A DNA stretch of 64,000 bases from Candidatus Latescibacterota bacterium (GCA_965222075.1 OZ244937.1:2400001-2464000), one strand, 5' to 3'. Shown: positions 17,669-28,311, counted from the first letter of the stretch. Program-made: numbers and translations. The notes: generated from the sequence alone by a model not told the origin.

Positions 17669-19536
17669 GACGCCTGTTCCTCCCACATGCCGGCGTACAC
17701 TCCCTGAGCCGCCAGCAGCTCGTCGTGTCGGCCCTGCTCGACGATGCGGCCCTGCTGCAGCACGAGGATACGGTCGGCCATGCGCGCCGAGCCGAGTCTG
17801 TGGCTGATCAGCAGGGCGGTGCGCCCTTCGAGGAGCTCGGCGAACTGCCGGTAGAGCTCGGCCTCCGCCATGGCGTCGAGCGCCGCGGCGGGCTCGTCGA
17901 GGATGAGGAGTTCCGAATCGCGGGTGAAGGCCCGGCCAACGGCGAGGCGCTGCCATTCCCCCCCGGACAGACCCTGGCCGCCGTCCAGGATATGCCCGAC
18001 AGCGGTGTCGTAACCCTGGGGAAGCCGTTCCGCGAGAACATCGGCCCCGGACCGGCGCGCCGCCTCCGCGACCGCCGCCGGGTCGGGTCGTAGCCAGCGG
18101 GGCCACAGATCGGAGGCACGCCCTTCTTCGGTCGAGGCCAGCGCAGCGATGCCGATGGACTGCCCCAGGGTGAGCTCGAACCGGTAGTAGTCCTGGAAAG
18201 CGGCGCTCACGGCGCCGGTCAGGCTGTCCCGGTCGATCTCGGCGTAGCTGAGGCCGTCGGCCAGAATACACCCGGCCGTGGGCGGGTAGAGACCGAGGAG
18301 GATCTTGGCCAGGGTCGACTTGCCGGATCCGTTCTCGCCCACGAGGGCGACGCGCTCGCCCGGGGCCAGGTGGAAACTGACGCCTTGCAGCACGGCCCGG
18401 GCCGCCTCGCCGGAACCGGCCGCCGGGTAGGCGAAGTGGACATCGTCAACGGCGAGCCCCTGGCGCAACGGCCTGGGGAACGGCACTGCGGTTCCGGCGC
18501 CGTCCTCCTCCCGCAGGTCGAGGAATTCCCGCACGTAACCGACCTCGGCGGACTGGGCCTGCAGCTCCCTGGAGCTGTAACCAAGACTGGAGCCGGCGCG
18601 CAGCATGCCGTTGACCCCCTGAAAGAGCGCGACGAAGCGTCCGGGGGTGAGGACGCGATCGCCGAGCAGGTACGCGAGGACGCCGGCGACGGCGACCGCC
18701 ACAGCGACGCGCAGGCCGGCCACCAGCAGCCCTCCCACGACCTGACGATGGCGCTGGTCCAGCAGTCGTTCGCGCAACACCTGGCGCATCCTCCGCCAGC
18801 GTTCGGTGAGCGGCGCGTGCAGGGAGAAGAGGCGCATCTCCTTCTGTTCGTCCCGTCCGGTCAGGATGCGGTCGACGTACCCGGCCCGGCGCTCCTCCGG
18901 CGTCTCGCCGTAGGTGAAAGCCAAGAACATGCGGCTCTGCTCGATCTCCAGCCGGATCTGCGGCACCAGCACCACCAGCAGGGCCAGGGAGATCCACGGT
19001 GAGACCGGGGCGAACATGGCGGCCACAGAGACTGCTGTGATCGCCGCCTGGGAAAAGTGCATGGCGGAGAAGAACAGCCGGCAGAGCTTGCGCCCCGGAT
19101 CCCGGGCTCGCTCGAGGCGGTCGTACGTCTCGCTCACATCGAAGAACAGGAGGGGGAGCCGCGACGACCTGGCCAGAAAGCGGCGGCCCATAACGTGGGA
19201 GAGGTTCTGCTCGAGCCGCAGATGGAGGATGTCGCGGATGTTCCACAGCACTTCGTTGGTGAGCAGGAGGATCAGGCCGAAGGCGATCAGCCAGGGGAGG
19301 GCATCGCTGAAGTCTGCGGGGCCGCCGCCCGCCGCATCGACCACGGTGTCAACGAGGTTGCTGGTAACGTGGATGAGCAGGGCGGGCTGGACGCCCAGCA
19401 GGAGATGGACGGCGATGGTGCCGATCGCCGCCATCCTGGCATGGGCCCAGATGTGGCTCCAGGCCCAGCGCAGGTTGGCGGCGATCGCCGCGACGCTCGC
19501 ACGGCGGTTCCAGAACTTGAGGTCAGATCTCGGCAT
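17656..19536 (-). CDS. ABC exporter, fused permease/ATPase (subunit 1)
   Basis: TM region plus GENGSGKS, LSGGEWQR and ILDEP. Confidence 0.92.
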   Translation of the reverse strand: MPRSDLKFWNRRASVAAIAANLRWAWSHIWAHARMAAIGTIAVHLLLGVQPALLIHVTSNLVDTVVDAAGGGPADFSDALPWLIAFGLILLLTNEVLWNIRDILHLRLEQNLSHVMGRRFLARSSRLPLLFFDVSETYDRLERARDPGRKLCRLFFSAMHFSQAAITAVSVAAMFAPVSPWISLALLVVLVPQIRLEIEQSRMFLAFTYGETPEERRAGYVDRILTGRDEQKEMRLFSLHAPLTERWRRMRQVLRERLLDQRHRQVVGGLLVAGLRVAVAVAVAGVLAYLLGDRVLTPGRFVALFQGVNGMLRAGSSLGYSSRELQAQSAEVGYVREFLDLREEDGAGTAVPFPRPLRQGLAVDDVHFAYPAAGSGEAARAVLQGVSFHLAPGERVALVGENGSGKSTLAKILLGLYPPTAGCILADGLSYAEIDRDSLTGAVSAAFQDYYRFELTLGQSIGIAALASTEEGRASDLWPRWLRPDPAAVAEAARRSGADVLAERLPQGYDTAVGHILDGGQGLSGGEWQRLAVGRAFTRDSELLILDEPAAALDAMAEAELYRQFAELLEGRTALLISHRLGSARMADRILVLQQGRIVEQGRHDELLAAQGVYAGMWEEQASWYR

Positions 19537-19638
19537 GGGACGCTCCCTTTACCAAACTATAGTAAAGATAAGTCATCCAACGCACAAAATCAACGAAAAA
19601 TTATCTCATAAATATATGTTTATAAATAATTTATGTAC

Positions 19639-19667
19639 TTGACTTTTTGGCGGTTTTTTGTTATATT
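19639..19667 (+). promoter_or_regulatory. Consensus-like sigma70 promoter
   Basis: TTGACT-17 nt-TATATT with an extended -10 TG and an AT-rich upstream tract. Confidence 0.55.
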
Positions 19668-19683
19668 ATTATTGTGGGAAATC

Positions 19684-19725
19684 AAAGAGGGAGTTGAAGG
19701 TACACATCTTCGACTCCCTCTTTTT
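19684..19725. terminator. Intrinsic terminator-like hairpin
   Basis: AAAGAGGGAGTTGAAG-loop-CTTCGACTCCCTCTTTTT. Confidence 0.7.
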
Positions 19726-19947
19726 CATCTCTTGTTTTCGGCCCTCCAAACCGTCCCGGGCACCGGACCAGAGGGCAGATATCCCCTGACAAAACGTTCC
19801 TGCAACGCTCGCCGTCCCTACACGCCCGCTCACGCGTCTCGCCTCCCGCGCCTCCGGGGCGGGGGGCCGGAAGGTATCGCCGTCGTGACGGGAGACGACC
19901 TCCAGGACATGGGGGCCCAACCCCTTGAGTGGTTTGGCGTACCTGGA

Positions 19948-21144
19948 TCAGTCGAGCTCGAATCCGCGTCCCAACTCAAAGCGGATGCCCAGAACCAGAG
20001 CATTGTCGAGCGCCCGCTCAGTGCCGGGATTGATGATATACTGGATATCCGGCTGTATCTCCAACCCCTCGGTGATCCTCGCGCGATAGGTCAACTCGAT
20101 CGCTGTCTCGTGGCCTTCCGCGCCGGTAGCCGCCCGAAAATCCCCGCCGCACCGCGCCATTGCCACAGCGATTCCGATCTGATCGTCCGGCCGGCGAGGG
20201 ATGAATCCGGACAAGACCGTCCCGGCGCCGAGGTAGCTTTCGAAAGGATTAAGCGCTCCGTTGGCGGTTCCGTAGCGAACAAAGGCGGCGGCGGACCGTC
20301 CGCTGGCGGCATCCTCGTACACGCTGGCATCAGCGAATCCATACCAACCGGCATTGCCGCCGCTTCGCGCGGGATTCCCGGACGCGTCGGTCTCGATAAG
20401 CGACTCAAATTTCGCGGTATACCAGAAAGCGCCGAAGCCGAGCCGCAGACCGTTGGAGAAGTCGCGGACGTACTCAAGCGCATGCAAAACGCCCTCACCG
20501 CTGTTGAACTGGATGGCAGTGGCCGATGGATCGTCCGGATCACCCGGCACTGCGTCCAGCAGTGCATAGCGGATGAGATTGTGTTTGTCAATCTGCCAAT
20601 CCAGACGCGCGCTCAGTGATGTCACCGGAAATATCGACGGCCCGCGCTCCCCCGTCTGCGAGTACGTGGGTATGATTCCGTGTGAGCTGTTCAGGAACAA
20701 CGACGCCGAATCAACCGCGTCGAACTCGCTATTGAGATCGTAAAGTCCAAATTTCAGACGCAACACATCGGCAAAACGATGCTCGTACCAGAATTCGTAC
20801 AGGCGCAGCGCCTGTTCCGTATCGATATTGGAGACAGCTTGCGAGTCGCCCGGATATCGATCCGAAAACGTCAACGCATCATTCCAGAGAAAATAGGCGA
20901 ACAGCGAACCGCCCCTGGGCCCCAAAATCCGCCTGAGATCGAACGTGAACATCGCGTCAATATTCTGCAGATAGGCGGAGCCATGCTTGATGCCCCCGGA
21001 CGCGTTGTGAAGAAAATCGGCGACGTACCCAAATTCCGCGGCGACCGCGCCGGCATTGGCCTCTGCCCCGGCGGCCGCGGGGCTCAAGGCGGCCGAGCCG
21101 ATCAGCAACGAGCAAAAAACCACCTGGTAAAATTTGGCGTCCAT
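19948..21144 (-). CDS. OprB-family carbohydrate-selective porin
   Basis: Signal peptide; RLYEFWYEH, GLYDLNSEF, SLFLNSSHG, ELTYRA..QPDIQYIINPG. Confidence 0.88.
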   Translation of the reverse strand: MDAKFYQVVFCSLLIGSAALSPAAAGAEANAGAVAAEFGYVADFLHNASGGIKHGSAYLQNIDAMFTFDLRRILGPRGGSLFAYFLWNDALTFSDRYPGDSQAVSNIDTEQALRLYEFWYEHRFADVLRLKFGLYDLNSEFDAVDSASLFLNSSHGIIPTYSQTGERGPSIFPVTSLSARLDWQIDKHNLIRYALLDAVPGDPDDPSATAIQFNSGEGVLHALEYVRDFSNGLRLGFGAFWYTAKFESLIETDASGNPARSGGNAGWYGFADASVYEDAASGRSAAAFVRYGTANGALNPFESYLGAGTVLSGFIPRRPDDQIGIAVAMARCGGDFRAATGAEGHETAIELTYRARITEGLEIQPDIQYIINPGTERALDNALVLGIRFELGRGFELD

Positions 21145-21202
21145 ATCTTAGTGTGCCCACTGACCTCTTCGCGAGAATGCAGGTTATGTAGTATCCGGGT
21201 GC

Positions 21203-22120
21203 TCACTCGAACGTGAGTTCGAAAGTCTGCGAACTGTACCCGGCGAAGATCCCGTACCCGTTCTCCACATTGCTGTATATCCTCACCGGTTCGGCAAAAG
21301 GATTTTCTTGAGTGTAGTCATGAAGGAGAGCGCTCCTGAGGTGTTTGTAGTACATCTCGCTCACGTACAGAACCTGAACCCAAAGCAGACGCTCTTGACT
21401 TGCGAGTACCATGGTGCCGGCGGACGACAGTTCAATCTCATGGGTTTGACCGTCAAAGAGGGTATCTTTGAAAAAAGGCGCGGTACCGAAGAACGCTTCC
21501 ATCCCGTCGATAATGGGATCTTCAATCCTGTTGTCGGCGATGATGGAAGGGTCTCTTGTCGAGAAATGCAGGTCGTGTTTTCCAGACCGGTCAGGGGCAA
21601 TGACGCGAATCTGGTAATGGTTTTTCTCGCCGGGTGGATCCTGAATCCGGAGTCTGATCGAGAAATCGGTGATCGCCAATCCACCGGGTTCGTCAGGAGT
21701 AGGGTCGGATGCCTCAATACGATGCGATACGATGGATGTCGGTACCGGTCCGGGTACGGTGTCGGTCGCCCGGACCGTTGCAAAACCGGGGGCCGATACC
21801 CGCAATGAGTAGGACTTGCCCACTTGCAGGGGTGTTTCGCTCACATACACCCTTTCTCCCCGGAGAAACGTCAGATGGTCGATAACCTGATCCCCTGACA
21901 GCAACGCCACGGTGGCGCCGGCGACCGCCCTTTCGCCTCTGGGAAGGGACTCCAGAATCCCAATGGACCGGCCGACATAGGCGACCCACCTGCTATCCGG
22001 AGTAAAGAAGGCCTTAACCACGAGTCGGGGCGTGTGTTCGGGTAGGTCCGGATCGATGACCAACTCGCAACCGGACAATGCGAAGATGAGGATCGGGACA
22101 CTGAAGAACGCGTTTTTCAT
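21203..22120 (-). CDS. DUF4249-like lipoprotein
   Basis: Lipobox LSGC; C-terminal NPFAEPVRIYSNVENGYGIFAG; follows a TonB receptor. Confidence 0.82.
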   Translation of the reverse strand: MKNAFFSVPILIFALSGCELVIDPDLPEHTPRLVVKAFFTPDSRWVAYVGRSIGILESLPRGERAVAGATVALLSGDQVIDHLTFLRGERVYVSETPLQVGKSYSLRVSAPGFATVRATDTVPGPVPTSIVSHRIEASDPTPDEPGGLAITDFSIRLRIQDPPGEKNHYQIRVIAPDRSGKHDLHFSTRDPSIIADNRIEDPIIDGMEAFFGTAPFFKDTLFDGQTHEIELSSAGTMVLASQERLLWVQVLYVSEMYYKHLRSALLHDYTQENPFAEPVRIYSNVENGYGIFAGYSSQTFELTFE

Positions 22121-22136
22121 CGGGGCTCGTCGGGCG

Positions 22137-24617
22137 TTAGAACTTGAACCGGTAACTGAGCCAGGGGAGAAGCGGGAAAAGGCTCACCTGTTTGGCGCGG
22201 TGCTCTCTGGCGTCGGTATTGGGGTTGTAGTGGTCTTCGAAATAGATAAAATAGGCATTCTTTCGATTATACGCATTGTAGACCCCCACGCTGAATCCAT
22301 GCGTGTCGCTTTGCCTCCAGGCAAAGTTGAAACTGAAATCAAAGCGGTGGAAGGCCGACATGCGGAAGCCGTTGCGGTCTTCGTAGATCTGAGTTTCACG
22401 GGGCAGGACACGGGGAATCCAGACTTCGTGTCCCCCTACTGATCTTGCCTGGTAGTCGTAGTAACGCGCGACAGGAAGGGTGATTGCATTGCCGGTTCCG
22501 TACACCCAGGTGAGCGAGAAGCTGGTGAATCGCGTCAGTTGATGGGTCAGGACGAGCGCCAGGTCGTGCCGGCGGTCGTAGCGATAGGGAAAGGTGCGTC
22601 CCCAATTCAGCTGCGCGAACCGACGCCGGGTCCAGGAAAGCGTATAACCGATCCAACCCGTGGTGCGGCCGCGCTTCTTCTGCACAAACAGTTCGGCGCC
22701 GTAGGACCACCCCCGCCCTACCTCTACCTTGTCCTGCCAGTCTTGACCACCGGCAAAGTTGACGAGAAAACTCGCGCCTTCCTGGTACTCGATCAGGTTG
22801 GTCATGGTTTTGTAGTACCCCTCCAGACTGAATTCGTACTGGCCTTTGAACAGCTCGCCCGCCAGACCCACGCCGAACTGCTGTGACCCCTGGGGGCGCA
22901 CCCGCTCGGTGGCCGGTAGCCACAGGTCGGTGGGCAGCCCCACGGTGCTGTTGGAAAGGAGGTGGGTGTACTGGCGCATCAGGGCATAGGAGGCTTTCAG
23001 GGCCCACTGCGATTTCAGCAGGTAGCGCGTTGAAACCCGGGGCTGTAAGGAGGTGTAGAACGCCTCGCCAACGAGGAAGCCGGAGGTATGCAGCCCCACG
23101 TTTGCTCTCAGTCGGTCGGTGAGGCGGACATCGTCCTCGCCGTACAGGCTGTACTCCAGCGCATCGGTGACTTGAGAGGGGGCAATGGTAGTATCCCGGG
23201 GGGTGCCGTCCGTCGGATTGAATTTGACCTGCGTCGCTCCGGGGCGATAGGTGTGGAAGGTGCCGCTGCCGCCAAAGCGGATGTAGTGGCGGAGGTTGGG
23301 GATATAGTCGAAATCCAGCTTTAAACCCCAGTCCCGGATACCCGACAGGTAGCGCAGCCGCAAGGTCTCCGTCTCCCGATGGCCGTCGATGGTGGTTGTC
23401 GTGGAGCGGTCGATGTCTGAGGAAAGCTTGTAGCGGCTGTAGACCGCGGTCAGATTGCCGAAGAGGCGGTTGCCGAAGAGGACGTTCCAGCGCAGCGTAG
23501 AAGTGAAGTTGCCCCAGCCTAAGTCTGCTGAGGTGGCATCTTCGTCGCGGAAGCTGGACCTGGTGTACTCGTCTCTAAAATCACTCCAGAAGCGATCGGC
23601 TCCGCTGTAGAGGCTCAGGAAGACGCGGCTTCGGGGCGATAGGATGTGGTTCACCTTGGCGTTGAGATCGTAGAAATAGTAGCCGCCCCGCTCGTCCGGG
23701 TCGAGGAAGGGGCGGATCAGCAGGTCGATATAGGTGCGCCGCGCCGAGACGATAAACGAAGTCCGGTCCTTTTGTATTGGCCCCTGCAGGGTCACCTGGG
23801 AAGCGACCAGTCCGATGGAGCCTTCGCATTCAAAGCTTTGCATATTGCCGTCCTTCATAGCGACCTCCAACACCGACGAGAGACGGCCGCCGTAGCGCGC
23901 CGGGAAACCGGCTTTTGTCAGCTGCACATTCTTGATGGCATTGGTGTTGAAAACCGAGAAGAAGCCGAAGAGATGCGAGGCGTTGTAAACCGGGGCGTCG
24001 TCAAGCAGGATCAGGTTCTGGTCCGGGCTGCCGCCGCGAACATAGAGGCCGCTCATGCCCTCGGCCCCGGACTGGACGCCGGGCAGGAGCTGCAAGGTCT
24101 TCATCAGATCAACTTCGCCCAGGAGGGCGGGTGCATTCTTGATCTGGCTGACCGGCACCTGCACAACCCCCATCTGGGTTTGTTCCTGGATGGGGTCCAG
24201 CCGCTCGGCCTCTACCTGTACCGTTGCCATTTCCAGAGGCAGGGGCTGGAGGGCGAAATCCAGCTGCAGGTCCTGGTCCAGGCGGGTTGCAAGGGTATCG
24301 CTCTGATAGCCGATGTAGGAGACCACAATCCGAAGTGAATCGGCAGGCAGGGTCAGGCTGAAAAAGCCGTAGCGGTTGGTCGTGGTGCCCTGCCGTAGCG
24401 TGGGTTCGTACAGGACGGCACCGATTAGCTTTTCTCCGCTGGCAGCATCTTGGACGTAGCCACTGAGTGTGTGTTTCGGATGGGATTGTGCACAAACGCC
24501 GCAGGCGAGGCCAAGGAAGAATATCAGGAAGCATCCGCCAAGAGAGGGTGGAAACGCCTCATTCCTGACAAAACCGGCAAGTGTAACGTATGACAATGTG
24601 CAATCTCTTTTTTTCAT
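22137..24617 (-). CDS. TonB-dependent receptor with N-terminal carboxypeptidase-regulatory-like domain
   Basis: LSGYVQDAASGEKLIGA, plug LQLLPGV..GLYVRGG..DQNL, GFPARYGGRLSSV, C-terminal YRFKF. Confidence 0.92.
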   Translation of the reverse strand: MKKRDCTLSYVTLAGFVRNEAFPPSLGGCFLIFFLGLACGVCAQSHPKHTLSGYVQDAASGEKLIGAVLYEPTLRQGTTTNRYGFFSLTLPADSLRIVVSYIGYQSDTLATRLDQDLQLDFALQPLPLEMATVQVEAERLDPIQEQTQMGVVQVPVSQIKNAPALLGEVDLMKTLQLLPGVQSGAEGMSGLYVRGGSPDQNLILLDDAPVYNASHLFGFFSVFNTNAIKNVQLTKAGFPARYGGRLSSVLEVAMKDGNMQSFECEGSIGLVASQVTLQGPIQKDRTSFIVSARRTYIDLLIRPFLDPDERGGYYFYDLNAKVNHILSPRSRVFLSLYSGADRFWSDFRDEYTRSSFRDEDATSADLGWGNFTSTLRWNVLFGNRLFGNLTAVYSRYKLSSDIDRSTTTTIDGHRETETLRLRYLSGIRDWGLKLDFDYIPNLRHYIRFGGSGTFHTYRPGATQVKFNPTDGTPRDTTIAPSQVTDALEYSLYGEDDVRLTDRLRANVGLHTSGFLVGEAFYTSLQPRVSTRYLLKSQWALKASYALMRQYTHLLSNSTVGLPTDLWLPATERVRPQGSQQFGVGLAGELFKGQYEFSLEGYYKTMTNLIEYQEGASFLVNFAGGQDWQDKVEVGRGWSYGAELFVQKKRGRTTGWIGYTLSWTRRRFAQLNWGRTFPYRYDRRHDLALVLTHQLTRFTSFSLTWVYGTGNAITLPVARYYDYQARSVGGHEVWIPRVLPRETQIYEDRNGFRMSAFHRFDFSFNFAWRQSDTHGFSVGVYNAYNRKNAYFIYFEDHYNPNTDAREHRAKQVSLFPLLPWLSYRFKF

Positions 24618-24897
24618 AACGATAGGCTCGATCCGGCTCCGCGATCTGGTGCGTGAACCCTATGCCCGCCCTTACAAGCGGCGCGCCGTCGGTACCGGGG
24701 TGAGCAGCATCCGTAACAACATCCCGGACATGGTGGTCCTGATGTCGGATAAGGAGTTTTTTTTTACTAGGGGGGGCAAGATTTTACTTGACAGCACTTT
24801 CACCTCTACATTTCTTGAGTAGGAAAAGAAAAACCAAGATCCGAATGACAATGGATGGTGTGTGTGCGTCTGAGATTGTATTTTTTTAGTAACTCCG

Positions 24898-25001
24898 CGA
24901 CGGGGGAGGTACATTTCGTAGCCTCGCCACTCCGTCGGTAACCGTCACGGCTGCGTGAGTGCGCAGGCCGTGACACGTACCTTCAATATAGGGAGGTAGA
25001 A
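24898..25001 (+). promoter_or_regulatory. Structured 5' leader with SD-sequestering hairpin
   Basis: Two hairpins, then TACCTTC pairing with the SD GGAGGTA. An upstream GGAGGTAC can pair alternatively with GTACCTTC. Confidence 0.5.
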
Positions 25002-25328
25002 ATGGCAGCCAGAATTATTATTGGTCTGATCGCCCTTTTGGCGATCGTACAGGGCTTGGCGGCCGACGCCATCCCCGAGGGGATTGTGCCGCTCGCGCTG
25101 GTCATTCTGGGCTTAGCCTACGCGGCGGTGGCGATCGACGCTGAGGACGCAACCGCCTACCTGGTGGTTGTGCTTGCAGTCGGCGCTGCCGCTGGTGCGG
25201 ACGTGCTGAGCCACATCCAAGGGATTGGTGCCCCCCTGGACGCCATCCTCGACCAGGTCTGTACAGCGCTGTATGCCGGTGTCATAACCGTGCTCGTTCA
25301 GAGGACGATAAACCGCCTCAAGGGCTGA
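25002..25328 (+). CDS. Small hydrophobic membrane protein (~4 TM), unknown function
   Basis: Strong GGAGG RBS; 108 aa, almost entirely hydrophobic; followed by a hairpin at ~25335-25372. Confidence 0.8.
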   Translation: MAARIIIGLIALLAIVQGLAADAIPEGIVPLALVILGLAYAAVAIDAEDATAYLVVVLAVGAAAGADVLSHIQGIGAPLDAILDQVCTALYAGVITVLVQRTINRLKG

Positions 25329-25617
25329 AGATGACAGGTGGATGAGCGATCTGCAACCGCTGATCCGCCTGTAAAACTCACAGGTCCGTCCGCCCCATCG
25401 CCGGAGTGAACAGCATTCGTAGCGACAACCCTGGCGACCCGTTCGTTAGAGCGAGACCCCGAGGGGAAAACCCGTCGGGGTCTTGCCGTCTCTCCGCTTC
25501 CACAAGCCTCCCGGTGCCTCGGAGGGCTCCGCTTGAGCCGGGCAGCTACGAGCGTCGGTCCGCGACCGACCTCCAGCGCCACCCGCTTCAGGCGTTCCAC
25601 ACCCGCTTCGGTTCCCA

Positions 25618-26763
25618 TCAGTCCGTCCCTCTTCTCTTGAAGCGGTTTCCAATCCTGAACAGATCTCCCAGGGGATTCTCCCTGTCTTCCAGCGCATCGG
25701 CGATCAACGGACCGATGGCGCCGCCGAACTTGAAGCCATGGCCACAGCCGCAACCGGCGATCAGCACCCGTTCGCACCCCGGGGCCCAGTCGATGACGAA
25801 CTGCTCGTCCTCCATGTCGGCCATGTTGGTGTAGAGACAGGAACGACCGCCGACCAGATCTCCGTCGCTCAGAGCGGGGATGCGTTGGGCCACGAACTCC
25901 CGCGCCCACGCCAGAAACGCGGATGTCGGTTCACGCGCGATATCAACCTCGGTGTCCTCCACCTTGCTGTCTTCGGCCACCTTCACGAACCCCTCGTGCA
26001 GGTAAGGGAACCCGTACCAGAGGTTGTCCGGTGACAGAATCGACCACACCGGAAAACGATCGCGCCGGAAGGGTGCCGGATCCTTTGGGGCGAAGAAGGC
26101 CATCTGCTGCCGCGTAATGCGCACCCGGGTCTCCATCGCCGGCAGAAGTTCGGCCACCCAGGGGCCGGCCGCCACAACCACGCGATCACAGTCTTCCGAT
26201 TCCGTGTTTGATCCGACCCTCACACCGGAATCGGTCTCTTCGACGGCCGCCACGAGCGTGTTCTCGCGAATCGTCACACCCGAGTCCCGGGCCAGCGTCG
26301 CCAGGTCGGCCAGTGCCTGACCGCTGCGCAGATACCCGGCCCAGGGGTCGTAGAACAGCCGGTCTTCGTCGCTCACGGCGAACTGCGGAAACCGCTTTCC
26401 GACCTGCTCGGCAGTCAGCTCGAAAACATCCTTTCCCAACCGACTCAACGTCTCCCAGCCGGCCAGCGCCTCGTGCTCCGGTCCGAAGTCGCGCACCGCA
26501 ATCAGCTTGCCGGTCTGGAAGTAAATCGACCGACTGGTGCGCTCGTGCCACGCCCTCCACTGCGCCGCCGCCCGCGTCACCAGCTCCACGTAGATCTCGT
26601 TCGGGTAGTTGGTGCGCCGAATCACCTTGGAAACATCCGTGCTCGACGCCTCCGGGTTGGGGATTTCGCCGCGCTCGATCAGGGTCACGTCGTGGCCGCG
26701 CTTGTGCAGCTCCAGCGCAGCCGCCATGCCGAAGATTCCGGCGCCGACGACACAGACATTCAT
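25618..26763 (-). CDS. FAD-dependent oxidoreductase, sarcosine oxidase/SolA-like
   Basis: VVGAGIFG, SSTDVSKVIR, CLYT, GCGHGFKFG. Confidence 0.88.
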   Translation of the reverse strand: MNVCVVGAGIFGMAAALELHKRGHDVTLIERGEIPNPEASSTDVSKVIRRTNYPNEIYVELVTRAAAQWRAWHERTSRSIYFQTGKLIAVRDFGPEHEALAGWETLSRLGKDVFELTAEQVGKRFPQFAVSDEDRLFYDPWAGYLRSGQALADLATLARDSGVTIRENTLVAAVEETDSGVRVGSNTESEDCDRVVVAAGPWVAELLPAMETRVRITRQQMAFFAPKDPAPFRRDRFPVWSILSPDNLWYGFPYLHEGFVKVAEDSKVEDTEVDIAREPTSAFLAWAREFVAQRIPALSDGDLVGGRSCLYTNMADMEDEQFVIDWAPGCERVLIAGCGCGHGFKFGGAIGPLIADALEDRENPLGDLFRIGNRFKRRGTD

Positions 26764-26829
26764 GGAAGCGCTCACAGGTATTGGGGGATGTTTTTCGTGC
26801 GCCCATCTCGATGCGGCACCGCTGATCGA

Positions 26830-27708
26830 TCACACGTCCACGCCCGACCGCAGCAGCAAATCCGGTATCATGTCAGTAAACTCATCCTGTCCGCGGTCAC
26901 CCCCATCGCGAAACCGGACGATGAGGTCTCTGACGAGCGGACTGACCTCCAGCGGTACCCCGAGTTCCGACCCGAGCTCAACCCCCAGACGCATATCCTT
27001 CACCGCCAGATCGGTGGTTGCGCCCATTCGACCGCTGTTCAGGAACAGCGAGACGGTGTGTTCAAATATCCTGCTTTGCCCCATACTCGCCTTGACCGCA
27101 TCCAGCAACAGCTGCAGATCGATCCCGGCCCTGGCACTTATCGCCACGCCCTCGCACGCACCGATGAAGTTGACGAACATAATCAGGTTGTTGATCAGCT
27201 TGATCACATTCCCGGACCCGGCCGGTCCCACGTGGACGATCTTGTTGCCGATTGTCTCCAACACCGGCCGCACCCGCTCCAGATCCTCCGCATCACCACC
27301 CACAAACAGCGTGAGCGCAGCATCCCGCGCACCAAAGATGCCACCGCTGACCGGCGCGTCGAGCACGTGCAGGCCCCGTTCCGCTCCGAGCGCGAAAATG
27401 CGGCGCACGGCGGACGGTGCGATGGTGCTGGTGTCGACGTAGGTCGATCCCTCGGCCAGACCGGCAAACATCCCGTCGTCACCCAACACGACCTTCTCGA
27501 CCGCCTCGGTGCCGGGCAGGGAGGTTAACACCACTTCGGATCGAACCGCCACCGCCTTCGCGTTTTCGGCCCAGGTCGCGCCCGCCGCCTCGAGGTCGTG
27601 GCCAGTCTGACGCCGCGTATCATGGATGGTCAAGGTGTGCCCGGCATCCAGGATATTGGCCGCCATCGGCTGCCCCATATTACCCAGACCAATGAACCCG
27701 ACTCTCAT
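26830..27708 (-). CDS. Beta-hydroxyacid dehydrogenase (3-hydroxyisobutyrate DH/GarR family)
   Basis: GFIGLGNMG, LDAPVSGG, KLINN. Confidence 0.92.
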   Translation of the reverse strand: MRVGFIGLGNMGQPMAANILDAGHTLTIHDTRRQTGHDLEAAGATWAENAKAVAVRSEVVLTSLPGTEAVEKVVLGDDGMFAGLAEGSTYVDTSTIAPSAVRRIFALGAERGLHVLDAPVSGGIFGARDAALTLFVGGDAEDLERVRPVLETIGNKIVHVGPAGSGNVIKLINNLIMFVNFIGACEGVAISARAGIDLQLLLDAVKASMGQSRIFEHTVSLFLNSGRMGATTDLAVKDMRLGVELGSELGVPLEVSPLVRDLIVRFRDGGDRGQDEFTDMIPDLLLRSGVDV

Positions 27709-28106
27709 GTGAATCCCTGGCGCTGTTCCTCATGGGTGTCAAATTCGGCCGGCATGGTGATTTCGATCACTTCCCAGTCATCGGAGTATTCGAGAACTTC
27801 ATGCCGGATACCGGGTGGTTGATACCACGCGTCACCCGCTTCGACCCGAATCTCGCCGATGTCCTCGAAGTAGAGGCGGGCCCACCCGTTGATCAGATAG
27901 ACCATCTGAAAATCCAGATCGTGTGAGTGATAGCCCAGCGGTCCGGTACATGGTTGATGGGCGCGGATGATGTGGGCCAGAACTTTCCCCTCCGTGGCGT
28001 CCTTGATACCCAGGTCCCGATAGGTGAAATAGGGACGCAACCCCTCCTGCGCCCAGCGGGCGTCTTTGGCGTGTGCGGCGAACGACTTGACCTTTTTCCT
28101 GGACAT
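27705..28106 (-). CDS. Cupin-domain protein
   Basis: YHSHDLDFQMVY...GDAWYQPPGIRHE. Confidence 0.88.
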   Translation of the reverse strand: MSRKKVKSFAAHAKDARWAQEGLRPYFTYRDLGIKDATEGKVLAHIIRAHQPCTGPLGYHSHDLDFQMVYLINGWARLYFEDIGEIRVEAGDAWYQPPGIRHEVLEYSDDWEVIEITMPAEFDTHEEQRQGFT

Positions 28107-28311
28107 AGTACAACTCCTGTGTTACAGGGGATGCCAATGGTTGATGGCGGGACAAAACTCATCGGCGGACCGGCCGAAAGACTGCCCGTTAATTATGTGC
28201 CAAACCCGCCCGGTGCGCAAGTCATTTCTACGAGTCGCGCCGGTGGCGATCTCACCGGAACATGCTGCCGGCTTTCGAAGAGGTTGTCCCGGTGCGCCGG
28301 CCGGGTTTCAG

